A stretch of 64,000 nt of DNA, from the NCBI GenBank assembly GCA_033344875.1, contig JAWPMO010000001.1, positions 829,595-893,594 on the forward strand, given 5' to 3'. Below the pieces are notes generated by a model. The model saw nothing but the letters and a program-made list of their open reading frames with translations, ran no database searches and was not told where the DNA came from. The translations under genes and the position numbers were made by a program. The DNA is from Ilumatobacteraceae bacterium (lineage in GTDB: Bacteria > Actinomycetota > Acidimicrobiia > Acidimicrobiales > Ilumatobacteraceae). Numbering within the stretch: position 1 is the first letter of the stretch; each line of letters starts with the position of its first letter. Positions 1 through 9,110 of this stretch are shown piece by piece.

Positions 1-4
1 CGCG

Positions 5-1219
5 TTGAACAGGTCGCGGTCCGTCGAGACCCTGATGCAGAATGTCACGAGGGTGGCGGTCCCCCGGCTCGGGGACTGGTGTGCGCTCCACGTCCTTCCG
101 ACCGACGGATCGTCGATCCCCGACACCGAGGTCGGACACGTCGACCCGGACATGATCACCCATGCGAGCGAGTTGCAGGCGCAGTTCCCGTATGACCCGG
201 AGGCCCCGACCGGGGTGCCGGCGGTGATTCGCACCGGCGTCACGGAGTTCTATTCCGATCTCTCTCCCGAGCTGCTGTCGACGATGGAGCTCGAGGAAAG
301 GGCGCTCGACGTGGTCGAGGAACTCGATCTGCGCTCCTTCATCGCCGTCGCACTCAAGAAGCGCGACCGGATCCTCGGAGCCATCCAGTTCGTCTCCACG
401 GGAACCTCGCGGCGCTACGACGACGACGACGTGGCGCTCGCCGAGGCCATCGCAGCTCGGATCGCGTCGAGCATCGAAAACCTCCGGCTGCACGCAGAGC
501 ACCGGAGAATCGCTCGCACACTCCAACGCAGCCTGCTGCCCGAACGCCTTCCCGACGTGCCCGGTATCGACATCGCCGTTCGCTACTGGGCGGCGGGCGA
601 CGCGACCGAAGTCGGAGGCGACTTCTACGACGTGTTCACCCTGGACCAGCCCGGGCAGTTCGCGATCGTGCTCGGCGACGTCTGCGGGACCGGACCAGAA
701 GCGGCCGCGCTCACCGGCCTGGCGCGCCACACCGTCCGCGACAGCGCGTGGCACGACGATCCGCCAGGAGCCGTGCTCCGTGCGTTGAACCGGGCCGTGC
801 GTCGGTCGGGCACGAACACCTTCCTCACCTGCGTCTACGCCACCCTCGAACCCGGCACGAAGACGATGTCGGTGACGTGCGCCGGTCACCCACTCCCGGT
901 CCACGTGAGCGCCCGGGGCGCCGAGGCCGTGGGTCGACCGGGGACCTTGATCGGCGTGCGCGACGAGGTCGCCGTCCACGAGGTCGCCGTGATGTTGGAC
1001 GAGGGCGACGTCGTCGTGCTCCACACCGACGGCGCGACCGACCTCCCTCCGCCGCATGGTCTCGACGAGCCGGCGTGGCGCACGCTCGTACACGACGCCG
1101 TGCGATCGGGCGGCACGGCCGACGACATCGCCGAACACATCCAGCACGCACTGGCCGAGATCCTCCCGTTCGAGTCACGGCACGACGACATCGCGCTGCT
1201 CGTGCTCAAGACCGCCTGA
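5..1219 (+). CDS. GAF-domain / PP2C-family (SpoIIE/RsbU-like) serine phosphatase, probably 5'-truncated by the window edge
   Basis: 404-aa ORF whose first codon is a TTG 4 nt from the window edge. N-terminal GAF-like region, then PP2C/SpoIIE signatures (RSLLPERLP, GGDFYDV, LHTDG, DDIALLVL). Confidence 0.8.
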   Translation: MNRSRSVETLMQNVTRVAVPRLGDWCALHVLPTDGSSIPDTEVGHVDPDMITHASELQAQFPYDPEAPTGVPAVIRTGVTEFYSDLSPELLSTMELEERALDVVEELDLRSFIAVALKKRDRILGAIQFVSTGTSRRYDDDDVALAEAIAARIASSIENLRLHAEHRRIARTLQRSLLPERLPDVPGIDIAVRYWAAGDATEVGGDFYDVFTLDQPGQFAIVLGDVCGTGPEAAALTGLARHTVRDSAWHDDPPGAVLRALNRAVRRSGTNTFLTCVYATLEPGTKTMSVTCAGHPLPVHVSARGAEAVGRPGTLIGVRDEVAVHEVAVMLDEGDVVVLHTDGATDLPPPHGLDEPAWRTLVHDAVRSGGTADDIAEHIQHALAEILPFESRHDDIALLVLKTA

Positions 1220-1289
1220 CGGCCGAGTCAGATCACCCGCGAGGTGGCACTCCGGCCTCGACCCTGATGCAGCGTCCTGTCAGTCGGCG

Positions 1290-2024
1290 TCAGTAGGGCC
1301 AGTCGGGTGCTGCTCGCCCGAGGCGGCGGAGGAGTTTGCCGAGGCCGAGCGTGAGGACGACCTTCAGGCCGACGTTCTTGGCGAACCACGGGAGCTGGGC
1401 GAGTTGTTGGGCGGCGTTGACCGGCCGCTTCACGTGGCCGGTCGCTCGGTAGGTGGTCAGCGAACGGGAACGTGACACGTAGGTCCAGCGGCGACTCGCC
1501 ACCAACTCACGGAGGATCGCCAGGGTCACGCCGATGCTGCTGAAGCTGTCGTGGATCAGCATCGTGCCGCCGTCGGACACTCGCGCGCCGTACGTCGCGA
1601 TGTCGGCTCGGGCCGGGCCGTACCGATGGGCGCCGTCGACGTAGAGGACGTCGATCTCCCCGTCGATCTCGGCGAGCGCGTCGTCGCTGAACTGCCGCAG
1701 GTGCGTGACACGATCGGCGACACCGGCTCGGGCGAGATTCCGGTTGAAGTGCTGGTGGTCGTCGTCGGCCTCGGCTTCGAACCCGTCGATCTCCTGTGGG
1801 CCGCGATCGTTGCCGGCGTGCGGGTCGATCGCGATGACCATGGCGTCGGGCGGACACGCCGATGCGAGCACGATCGTCGACCGGCCGTGGAAGCTCCCGA
1901 TCTCGACGATCGTGCCACCCGGAGTACAGGCCCGGGCGGCGTCGTACAGGGCACGTGCCTGACCCTCGGTCATCCAACCATCGACCTCGGAAACCGACGC
2001 CCACGCCGCGTCGAACGACGTCAC
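1290..2024 (-). CDS. Class I SAM-dependent methyltransferase (Methyltransf_24-like) with hydrophobic/amphipathic C-terminal tail
   Basis: Motifs GGTIVEIGSFHGRSTIVLA, VIAIDPH, VLYVDGAHRY, GGTMLIHD. The GTG start at 2024 overlaps the upstream UbiA stop (GTGA, 2021-2024). The longer track ORF to 2261 is an Arg-rich extension lying inside the UbiA gene. Confidence 0.7.
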   Translation of the reverse strand: MTSFDAAWASVSEVDGWMTEGQARALYDAARACTPGGTIVEIGSFHGRSTIVLASACPPDAMVIAIDPHAGNDRGPQEIDGFEAEADDDHQHFNRNLARAGVADRVTHLRQFSDDALAEIDGEIDVLYVDGAHRYGPARADIATYGARVSDGGTMLIHDSFSSIGVTLAILRELVASRRWTYVSRSRSLTTYRATGHVKRPVNAAQQLAQLPWFAKNVGLKVVLTLGLGKLLRRLGRAAPDWPY

Positions 2025-2887
2025 GTGTACACCGCGAGCCCGTACACCACGACCCAGATCAGGCCGAGGATCTGCAACACCCGGTCGCGCCCGAACACTT
2101 CTTCCGGTGCCGCTCCTTGCCCCTGCTCGAGCACGAGGGCGTAGCGCAGGAACGCCGTCAGCATCGGCACGACCGACAACTCGTAGTACGGCAACTCCGA
2201 ACCCGACAGCGACTTCGTCTCGAACGCCCAGACGCAATAGCTGACGAGCGCACCACCGCACGACACGGCGAGCACGAAACGGAGGTAGCCCTCGCTGTAC
2301 TCACCGAGGGTCGAGCGCACCCCGCCGGCGTCGGCGCCCAGCTCACGCTGCTCGGCGAATCGTTTGCCGCTCACGATGAAGAGCGAGCCGAAGGTGGTGA
2401 CGAGCACGAACCAGCTCGACATCGGCACGTCGACGGCGACCGCACCCATCGCGGCGCGCAGCACGAACCCCGAGGCGATCGCGACGAGGTCGACCACGGC
2501 GATGTGCTTCCAGATCGCGCTGTAGGTGAGCGTGATCAGCATGTAGATCGCGACCACTGCGACCGCCCGCCACTCCCCCGTCAGGGCGGCGAGGCCGAGC
2601 GCGACGAGCGGCAGCAGCGTCCCCAGGATCCGCCCCGTCGTGAGGCTCACCTCGCCCGCAGCGATCGGTCGCGTCGACTTGGTCGGATGGACCCGATCGG
2701 CTTCGACGTCGAGCACGTCGTTCCAGAAATAGGTGCCACTCGCCGCCAGGCAGAACGACACGAACGCCAGCACCGTGACGCCGAATTGGCCCGGCTGATC
2801 GAGAACGCCGGCGGCACCGGGCGCGGCGAAGACGAGAACGTTCTTCAGCCACTGTTTCGGGCGTGCGGTCCGGATGATCGGGTGCAT
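2021..2887 (-). CDS. UbiA-superfamily prenyltransferase, decaprenyl-phosphate 5-phosphoribosyltransferase (DPPR synthase, Rv3806c-type)
   Basis: 288-aa polytopic membrane ORF. N-terminus RTARPKQWLKNVLVFAAPGAAG and Asp-rich motif WNDVLDVEADRVHPTK are typical of this UbiA clade. Confidence 0.8.
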   Translation of the reverse strand: MHPIIRTARPKQWLKNVLVFAAPGAAGVLDQPGQFGVTVLAFVSFCLAASGTYFWNDVLDVEADRVHPTKSTRPIAAGEVSLTTGRILGTLLPLVALGLAALTGEWRAVAVVAIYMLITLTYSAIWKHIAVVDLVAIASGFVLRAAMGAVAVDVPMSSWFVLVTTFGSLFIVSGKRFAEQRELGADAGGVRSTLGEYSEGYLRFVLAVSCGGALVSYCVWAFETKSLSGSELPYYELSVVPMLTAFLRYALVLEQGQGAAPEEVFGRDRVLQILGLIWVVVYGLAVYT

Positions 2888-2893
2888 GGCAGA

Positions 2894-3520
2894 TCAGGGC
2901 GCAACGCTAGCCAGCGGTGCCGTGACCCAGTGCGGATGGTCCGCGGCGGCGAGCAACTCGCGGTCGCCGGTCGAATCGCCGTACGCGTACAGCGTGACCT
3001 CGTCTCGGCACCAGCCATGCCCGGCGAGCCACTCGTCGAGCCGGCGCACCTTCTCGGGTCCGCGACAGTTCGGGCCGTCGAGCCGCCCGGTGCAGCGTCC
3101 ATCGACGACTTCGAGTCGCGTGCCAGCCACCTCGACCCCGCCGAGCACGTCGGCGACCACTCTGACGTACTGCTCGTAGCTCGCCGTGACGATCACCACC
3201 CGGTGATCCTGCGCGAGGTGCCACTGCAGCCGTGCGACCGTGTCGGCCCGCATCAGCGTCTCGGCGATCGTGACGCCCCACGACGCTGCCTCGGCATCGA
3301 CGCCCTCGATGGGGCGGTCTCGGAACACGATGTCGGTGGCCAGCGCACGCAACCGGTCGCGGTCACGGCGGGTGGCGATCGGCAGCAACCGGAGCGTGTG
3401 GGGCAGGAGCGACACCGCGAACCGGCGGCTCGTCGTGAACCGCCGGAGGAAGGGCACGACCGTGTCACGCTTGGTCAGGGTCTCGTCGAAGTCGAACGCC
3501 GCGACGGTGGTGACGCTCAC
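2894..3520 (-). CDS. HAD-IB family hydrolase/phosphatase
   Basis: HAD motif I FDFDETLT, motif IV YGDSTGD, and a cap region typical of the IB subfamily. The GTG start at 3520 overlaps the aroA stop (GTGA). The track ORF extension to 3949 lies inside aroA and is Arg-rich shadow. Confidence 0.75.
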   Translation of the reverse strand: MSVTTVAAFDFDETLTKRDTVVPFLRRFTTSRRFAVSLLPHTLRLLPIATRRDRDRLRALATDIVFRDRPIEGVDAEAASWGVTIAETLMRADTVARLQWHLAQDHRVVIVTASYEQYVRVVADVLGGVEVAGTRLEVVDGRCTGRLDGPNCRGPEKVRRLDEWLAGHGWCRDEVTLYAYGDSTGDRELLAAADHPHWVTAPLASVAP

Positions 3521-4791
3521 GTGTGCAGCTCGTCGAGCATCGTCCAGAATCCGGGCCAGCTCTTCGACACCACCTCCGGGTCCTCGACCTCGATCCCGTC
3601 GCAGGCTGAACCCAGCACGCCGAACGCCATGGCCAGTCGATGGTCGTGATGCGTGGCCAATCGTGCCGGACGCAGTGTCGCCGCCGACGGCCGGATCGCG
3701 AGCCCGTCGTCGGTCTCGTCGATGTCGACGCCGGCCCGACGCAGCTCCGCCGACAGGTCTCCGAGCCGGTCGCTCTCCTTCTCGCGGATGAAGCCGACGC
3801 CGCGGATCCGTGTGGGCGACGAAGCGAACGCCGCGACCACGGCGACGGTGGGCACCAGGTCGGAGATGTCGGCCATGTCGATGTCGATGCCGCGCAGGTC
3901 GCCGGCGCCGGACACCGTCACCTGGTCGGTGTCCCGGTCGAGGCTGCACCCCATCTGCGCCATGACGTCACCGAACCGTGCGTCACCCTGGAGCGCGCCG
4001 GCGCCGAGTCCGGGCACCGTCATCGACCCACCGCACACCGCGGCGAGCGCCAACGGGTAACTCGCCGACGAGGCGTCGGGCTCGACGGCGGTCTCGGTCG
4101 GTGTATAGGCGGCGGGGCCGACCCGGATGCGCCGCTCCGCGACCTCGACGTCGGTGATGCCGAACCAGCCCATCACGGACGCGGTGAGCTCCACGTACGG
4201 CCGCGAGACGAGCGGCGTGGTGAGTGCGAGATCCAGCCCACCGGGCAACTCCGGTCCGATCAGCATCAACGCGGTGACGTACTGACTCGACACGTCACCG
4301 CGGATCTCGACGCGGCCGGTGACGGGCGGTCCGGTGATGGTCGCCGGGAGATTGCCGAACGACTCCCCCGGCGTGACGACGACACCGAGTTGGCCGAGCG
4401 CCTCGTGCAACGGGCCGAACGGACGTGCCCGCAGCGGCGGGTGGCCGTCGACCGTGAGCGGTGTGGAGCCGAGTGCCGCCACCGCGGTGATGAAGCGTGA
4501 CGTCGTCCCGGCGAGTCCGGCGAAGAGTGTGCGCGGTACATTCGCCCACGCGGTGCCGACGCCGGTGATCCGCACTCGATCGACGTAGGCATCGACGGCG
4601 AGACCGAGCGTGCGCAAGCAATCGAGCATTGCCCGGGTGTCGTCGCCGTCGGGCACGTTGGAGATCGAACTGACACCGTCGGCGAGCGCAGCGCAGACGA
4701 GTACCCGGTTGGCGATCGACTTGGAACCGGGGACGGACACGTGTCCCTCGACGGGCCCATCGAGGCGTCGGACGCGACGGGTCTCGGTCAT
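3517..4791 (-). CDS. aroA: 3-phosphoshikimate 1-carboxyvinyltransferase (EPSP synthase)
   Basis: 424 aa. VPGSKSIANRVLVCAALADG N-terminal signature and full-length two-domain EPSPS pattern. Confidence 0.95.
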   Translation of the reverse strand: MTETRRVRRLDGPVEGHVSVPGSKSIANRVLVCAALADGVSSISNVPDGDDTRAMLDCLRTLGLAVDAYVDRVRITGVGTAWANVPRTLFAGLAGTTSRFITAVAALGSTPLTVDGHPPLRARPFGPLHEALGQLGVVVTPGESFGNLPATITGPPVTGRVEIRGDVSSQYVTALMLIGPELPGGLDLALTTPLVSRPYVELTASVMGWFGITDVEVAERRIRVGPAAYTPTETAVEPDASSASYPLALAAVCGGSMTVPGLGAGALQGDARFGDVMAQMGCSLDRDTDQVTVSGAGDLRGIDIDMADISDLVPTVAVVAAFASSPTRIRGVGFIREKESDRLGDLSAELRRAGVDIDETDDGLAIRPSAATLRPARLATHHDHRLAMAFGVLGSACDGIEVEDPEVVSKSWPGFWTMLDELHT

Positions 4792-4806
4792 CGAACGCCG
4801 TGCATC

Positions 4807-5871
4807 TCAGACGAGCGGGGTGACCGCTGGCTTGAACCCGCGGGCGATCAGGCCGCCACGGAACACGTCGCTCGAGGCGGCATCGACCAGTACCACGGCG
4901 ACACCCCGATTGCTCTCGGGCATGTGGACCACCTCGAAGTTGGCGATGTTGACCCCGAGGTCGGCCGCGAGGGTGAACACCTCGGCGGCAGCGCCGGTGC
5001 GGTCGGGAATCGGGATCCGGACCTCGGCGACGTTCTCGGGATGCGCCACGCGCCCCGGCAGGTTCGTGCGGGCATCCCTGGCGGCCGAGAGGGCCGTTTG
5101 GAGCGCCTCGCGGTCGTCGGCATCGACGATCTCACGAATCTCGGACAGACGCCCGATCAGACCGTCGAGGGCGGTCACGATCGCCGGTCGGTTCTGCGTG
5201 CAGATGTCGAGCCAGATGTCGGGATGCCCCGACGCGATCCGGGTCATGTCGCGGAAACCACCGGCGGCGAGTCGCAGCAGCGCTGCGTGCTCTTCGGCGC
5301 GGTCGGACGCCAACTGCATCAGCGTCGCGGCCGCGAGGTGCGGAACATGACTCACGACGGCGACCACCTGGTCGTGTCGCTCGGCGGTCAGCGCCACGAC
5401 CTCGGCCCCGAGCGAGCGCAGCACGCCGGACACCGCGGCGAGTGCTCGGTCGTCGGTGCCCTCGTCGGGTGTCAGCACCCAGATCGCGCCGTTGAACATG
5501 TCGCCGTCGGCACCGGCGAGACCGTCGAGTTCGCTGCCCGCCATCGGATGGCCGCCGATGAAGCGCTCGTCGACGCAGGCAGCGGCGATCGGCCCCTTGA
5601 CCGAGCCGACGTCGGTGACGAGTCCGGTCGTCTCGCCGAGCGCCCGCTTGACCGAGTCGGCAATCGCGAGCACCGGCACCGCGACGAAGGTGATCTCGGC
5701 GTCGGGATCCAAACCACCGGCGTCGATGACCTCGAGTTCGACCGCACGGGCGACCGTGTCGGGTCGGGCATCGTCGCCGTGGACCCGCCAACCCCGCTGC
5801 CGGAGTCCGAGCGCGACCGATCCACCGACCAGCCCGAGGCCGATCACGTTGGCGGTGCGTTGCCGTGTCAC
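4807..5871 (-). CDS. tyrA: Prephenate dehydrogenase with C-terminal ACT-like domain
   Basis: Rossmann motif [22 protein letters not shown] catalytic region, ACT-like tail ([24 protein letters not shown]). Confidence 0.9.
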   Translation of the reverse strand: MTRQRTANVIGLGLVGGSVALGLRQRGWRVHGDDARPDTVARAVELEVIDAGGLDPDAEITFVAVPVLAIADSVKRALGETTGLVTDVGSVKGPIAAACVDERFIGGHPMAGSELDGLAGADGDMFNGAIWVLTPDEGTDDRALAAVSGVLRSLGAEVVALTAERHDQVVAVVSHVPHLAAATLMQLASDRAEEHAALLRLAAGGFRDMTRIASGHPDIWLDICTQNRPAIVTALDGLIGRLSEIREIVDADDREALQTALSAARDARTNLPGRVAHPENVAEVRIPIPDRTGAAAEVFTLAADLGVNIANFEVVHMPESNRGVAVVLVDAASSDVFRGGLIARGFKPAVTPLV

Positions 5872-6725
5872 GATCCGGAATCGTACCGGCGGCCCTGTTC
5901 GGCCACGGCTTCGGTCAACGCTCGCCGCTCGGCCGTGCTCAACTCGCGCCAGTCACCGGGGCGCAGCGATCGGTCGGTGATCGGTCCGACACGGGTCCGT
6001 ACCAGCCGCATCACCGGGTGCCCGATCGCTTCGCACATCCGCCGGACCTGGCGGTTGCGCCCCTCGTGGATCGTGAGACGGATGATGCCCGGCGCCGGCT
6101 GCGACGCCTGTGCCGGCGAGGTGACGCCGTCGTCGAGTTCGACGCCGTCGCGCAACTGGCGCAGCTGACCTGCGGTCAGTCGGCCCTTGACGTGCACCAG
6201 GTATTCCTTCTCGACGCCGTGGCTGGGGTGCGTGATGCGATGGGTGATGTCGCCGTCGTTGGTCAGCAGCAGCAGGCCTTCGGTGTCGGCGTCGAGTCGC
6301 CCGACCGGGAACACCCGGGGTTCCGACGGCACCAGATCGACCACGGTCTTGCGCCCGTGGGTGTCCTTGGCCGTGGTGACCACACCGGCCGGCTTGTTGA
6401 GCAGGTAGTACACGAGACCCGGGCGGACGCCGACCGGTGCACCGTCGACCTCGATCAGGTCGTTCTCGGCGTCGACCCGACGGCCGAGCGCCGCGACCTC
6501 GCCATTGACCCGCACCCGCCCTTCGGCGATCAGTTCCTCGCAGACGCGACGGCTTCCCCATCCCGTCGACGCCAGCACCTTCTGGAGCCGCTCGCCACCG
6601 GGCAGCTGTTGATGTCGGGCGGCGAGTTGTTCCCAGAGCGGCGGCTCGGGCTCGGGGCCGTCAGGCGGAGGGGCTGCCATCGCTCGTATCGACCCGGAGT
6701 CCGTGCTCGAGTGCCTCGACGACAT
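5868..6725 (-). CDS. rluB: 23S rRNA pseudouridine synthase, RsuA/RluB family
   Basis: S4 domain ([31 protein letters not shown]) plus [17 protein letters not shown] catalytic motif. Start is ambiguous: 6725 or ATG 6680. Both overlap the scpB 3' end. Confidence 0.85.
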   Translation of the reverse strand: MSSRHSSTDSGSIRAMAAPPPDGPEPEPPLWEQLAARHQQLPGGERLQKVLASTGWGSRRVCEELIAEGRVRVNGEVAALGRRVDAENDLIEVDGAPVGVRPGLVYYLLNKPAGVVTTAKDTHGRKTVVDLVPSEPRVFPVGRLDADTEGLLLLTNDGDITHRITHPSHGVEKEYLVHVKGRLTAGQLRQLRDGVELDDGVTSPAQASQPAPGIIRLTIHEGRNRQVRRMCEAIGHPVMRLVRTRVGPITDRSLRPGDWRELSTAERRALTEAVAEQGRRYDSGS

Positions 6726-7275
6726 CGGCGTCGGGGATGAACTCGGCGATCGGCGGCAGGTCGTCCAACGTGTCGATACCGAGCTTCTCGAGGAACTGAG
6801 CGGTCGTCCCGAACAGCACGGCCTGGCCCGGTCCGGTGTCGCGACCTGCTTCGTCGATGTACCCCCGCGCCTGGAGGGTGCGGATCACGCCATCGGGGTC
6901 GACGCCCCGGATCGATGCGACCTGTGCCCGCGAGATCGGCTGCTTGTAGGCGATGATCGCGAGCGTCTCGAGTGCGGCGCCCGACAATCGGGCCTTCTGA
7001 TCGTGGAGCACGAACCGCTCGACGTACGGGGTCTGCTCGGGGTGCGTCTGATAGCGGAACCCGCCGGCGACACGCCGGAGCTCGAACCCGCGCTGCTGCT
7101 CGACGTAGTCGGCCGCCAGCTGCTCGCACCACTGCTCGACCGAGCTGACCGGTTGTTCGAGCAGTTGCGCCAACAGTTCGGGGGGCACCGGGTCGTGCGA
7201 CACCATGATCACCGCTTCGATCGCTCGCTTGAACGCGGCGATCTGCTCCTCGACCGGCAACAACTCGTCCGACAT
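6661..7275 (-). CDS. scpB: Segregation and condensation protein B
   Basis: ATG at 7275 gives a 204-aa ScpB-type protein ([12 protein letters not shown], tandem winged-helix pattern, [13 protein letters not shown]). The upstream track extension is Arg-rich shadow. Confidence 0.9.
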   Translation of the reverse strand: MSDELLPVEEQIAAFKRAIEAVIMVSHDPVPPELLAQLLEQPVSSVEQWCEQLAADYVEQQRGFELRRVAGGFRYQTHPEQTPYVERFVLHDQKARLSGAALETLAIIAYKQPISRAQVASIRGVDPDGVIRTLQARGYIDEAGRDTGPGQAVLFGTTAQFLEKLGIDTLDDLPPIAEFIPDADVVEALEHGLRVDTSDGSPSA

Positions 7276-7295
7276 GGTCACCAGTCTTACCGGAT

Positions 7296-8075
7296 TCAGC
7301 CCTCGTAGGCGTCGATCAGGATGCTCTCGGCGGCGGCCTCGGCATCGCCGCCGCACCACTCGACCTCGATGTCGCCGAACCGCTCGGGCTGGTCGATCTC
7401 GACGAAACCCTGTTTGAACAGCTCGAGCACCGCCAGGAATCGAACGATCACTTCGATGCGGTCGGCGAGGTCGGCCGTCAGCCGCCGGAAGGAGATCCGG
7501 CCCGCCCGTGGGAGCTCGTCGATCAGTTCGGCGACCGCGTCGGCGACCGTGACCTTGATCGGGTTGACGTGGAACAGGTCGACGATCGGTTCCGGTGTCG
7601 GCGTGAGCGCCCGGATCGCGGCGCTCTGGAAGCGGCGCAGGCTCGTGCCTTCGAGCAGGTCGGGCATGAGCTCGGCGAATCGCTCGTCGGGCCCGACCGT
7701 GCGAGGGAACGACAGGTCGGCCTCGTCGGCCAGCCGATGGAAGATCTGGGCGACGTCTTTGAAGGTCTTGCACTCGATGAGGCGGGCGAGCAGCAGGTCG
7801 CGCTCCTCCCAGAGTGCGAACTCCTCGTCGAGGTCCATGTCGGTCTGACCGGGCAGCAGTCGTCGAGTCTTGAGTTCGACGAGCGTGGCCGCGATCAACA
7901 GGAACTCGGTGGCGAGGTCGAGATCGAGGGTCTGCAACTTCTCGAGCTCGGCCAGGTACGCGTCGACGATGTGCGACAGGTCGATCTCGTACAGGTCGAC
8001 CTGTTCTTTCAGGATCAGCTGCAGGAGCAGGTCGAAGGGCCCGTCGTAGATGGGCGTGTGCACGTCGATGGACAT
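7296..8075 (-). CDS. scpA: Segregation and condensation protein A (kleisin)
   Basis: ATG at 8075. N-terminus YDGPFDLLLQLILKEQVDLYEIDLSHI is typical of ScpA. Lies directly upstream of scpB. Confidence 0.9.
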   Translation of the reverse strand: MSIDVHTPIYDGPFDLLLQLILKEQVDLYEIDLSHIVDAYLAELEKLQTLDLDLATEFLLIAATLVELKTRRLLPGQTDMDLDEEFALWEERDLLLARLIECKTFKDVAQIFHRLADEADLSFPRTVGPDERFAELMPDLLEGTSLRRFQSAAIRALTPTPEPIVDLFHVNPIKVTVADAVAELIDELPRAGRISFRRLTADLADRIEVIVRFLAVLELFKQGFVEIDQPERFGDIEVEWCGGDAEAAAESILIDAYEG

Positions 8076-8139
8076 CGGGGAAGACTCTACCGCGGCAAAT
8101 GACAGAGGTGTAACCACGTGCGTGTGAGTTCTCGGCCGC

Positions 8140-8481
8140 TCACTCGTCCGTCGGCGCCCACGGCGGCCGCTCGCCGGTCTCCAGTTCGACGACATCGGCT
8201 TTGGCCGCCCGATATGTCGCATCGGCCTCGGCGGTGCCCGAGCCCGACGAACGGCTCGCCTTCACCGCGGCGATGGCCCGCTCCAGACGCTGCTCGGCCC
8301 GGGCGAGCTTCGCGGCGTGCTCCGCGGCGAGACGCGCTGCGAGCTTGGCGGCCTCTCGTTCGGCCTGGATCCGTTGCTGCTCCGCACGTTCGGCCGCCTT
8401 CGCCTGGTCGAGTGCGCGCCCGAACCGCACGAGCGGGTCGGGGTGCTCTGGCTGGCGGCGGTTGCGCTTGCGAGCGGGCAT
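8140..8481 (-). CDS. Hypothetical small Ala/Glu/Arg-rich coiled-coil protein with basic N-terminus
   Basis: 113-aa ORF starting at ATG 8481, 2 nt after the CGNR gene stop. High GC3. Sequence MPARKRNRRQPEHPD followed by AERAEQQRIQAEREAAKLAARLAAEHAAKLARAEQRLERA. I recognise no family. Confidence 0.5.
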   Translation of the reverse strand: MPARKRNRRQPEHPDPLVRFGRALDQAKAAERAEQQRIQAEREAAKLAARLAAEHAAKLARAEQRLERAIAAVKASRSSGSGTAEADATYRAAKADVVELETGERPPWAPTDE

Positions 8482-8483
8482 GG

Positions 8484-9050
8484 TCAACCCTCGCGCGACC
8501 GACGGGCGCGATGCGCAGCGGTGTGCGTTCGGCTCGCGCATCGCTGGTCGGAGCAGAACCGTCGCGAACGGTTCTTGGTCGAGTCGTAGAAGACGTGCTC
8601 GCACCCCGACGCCGCGCACCGCCCGAAGCGGTCGACGCCGTGGTCGCACAGCGTCTGGGCGAGGCCCATGAGGAGGTCGACGGCGACCTGGTGGGCGAAC
8701 GGCGTCGTCGCCGACGTCCAATGGATGTGCAGGGCGAAGCCGTCGTGTGAGCTCAACGACGGAGCGATAGCGCAGGACTCGAGTGCCCCGTTGACCTGCG
8801 TGACCGCGTCGACGAGTTCGAGCCCTGGTAGCGAACCGAACAGCCGGGCGAGCGGCACCGACCGGTCGACGAACGCCTCGATCTCGACCTGGCTCGCCGT
8901 CCGCGCGCGCACGAAGTCGTGATCGACCAACACCGCTCGAACCCGATCCGCGAGGTCCGGCTCGTCGTCGGCGATGACGTTGGCCAACTCCATCGCGGCG
9001 TCGACCGTCACCCTGAGTTCCTCGTCGAGCGAGTCGGCACGGACGAACAT
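8484..9050 (-). CDS. CGNR zinc-finger (ABATE-domain) protein, putative stress-responsive regulator
   Basis: C-terminal CAASGCEHVFYDSTKNRSRRFCSDQRCASR matches the zf-CGNR pattern (C-x4-C ... RR-x-C-x4-C). Confidence 0.8.
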   Translation of the reverse strand: MFVRADSLDEELRVTVDAAMELANVIADDEPDLADRVRAVLVDHDFVRARTASQVEIEAFVDRSVPLARLFGSLPGLELVDAVTQVNGALESCAIAPSLSSHDGFALHIHWTSATTPFAHQVAVDLLMGLAQTLCDHGVDRFGRCAASGCEHVFYDSTKNRSRRFCSDQRCASRTHTAAHRARRSREG

Positions 9051-9110
9051 CTCGCCAGGTTACGACCAGGGAGACGAACGTCACAGCGCATGCCCGAGCC
9101 GTAAGGGTCT

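Noticed and set aside
8555-8575. Perfect 7-bp inverted repeat agaaccg-N7-cggttct.
   Set aside because: It lies inside the CGNR coding region, within the zinc-finger codons. There is no positional reason to call it a regulatory site or terminator.
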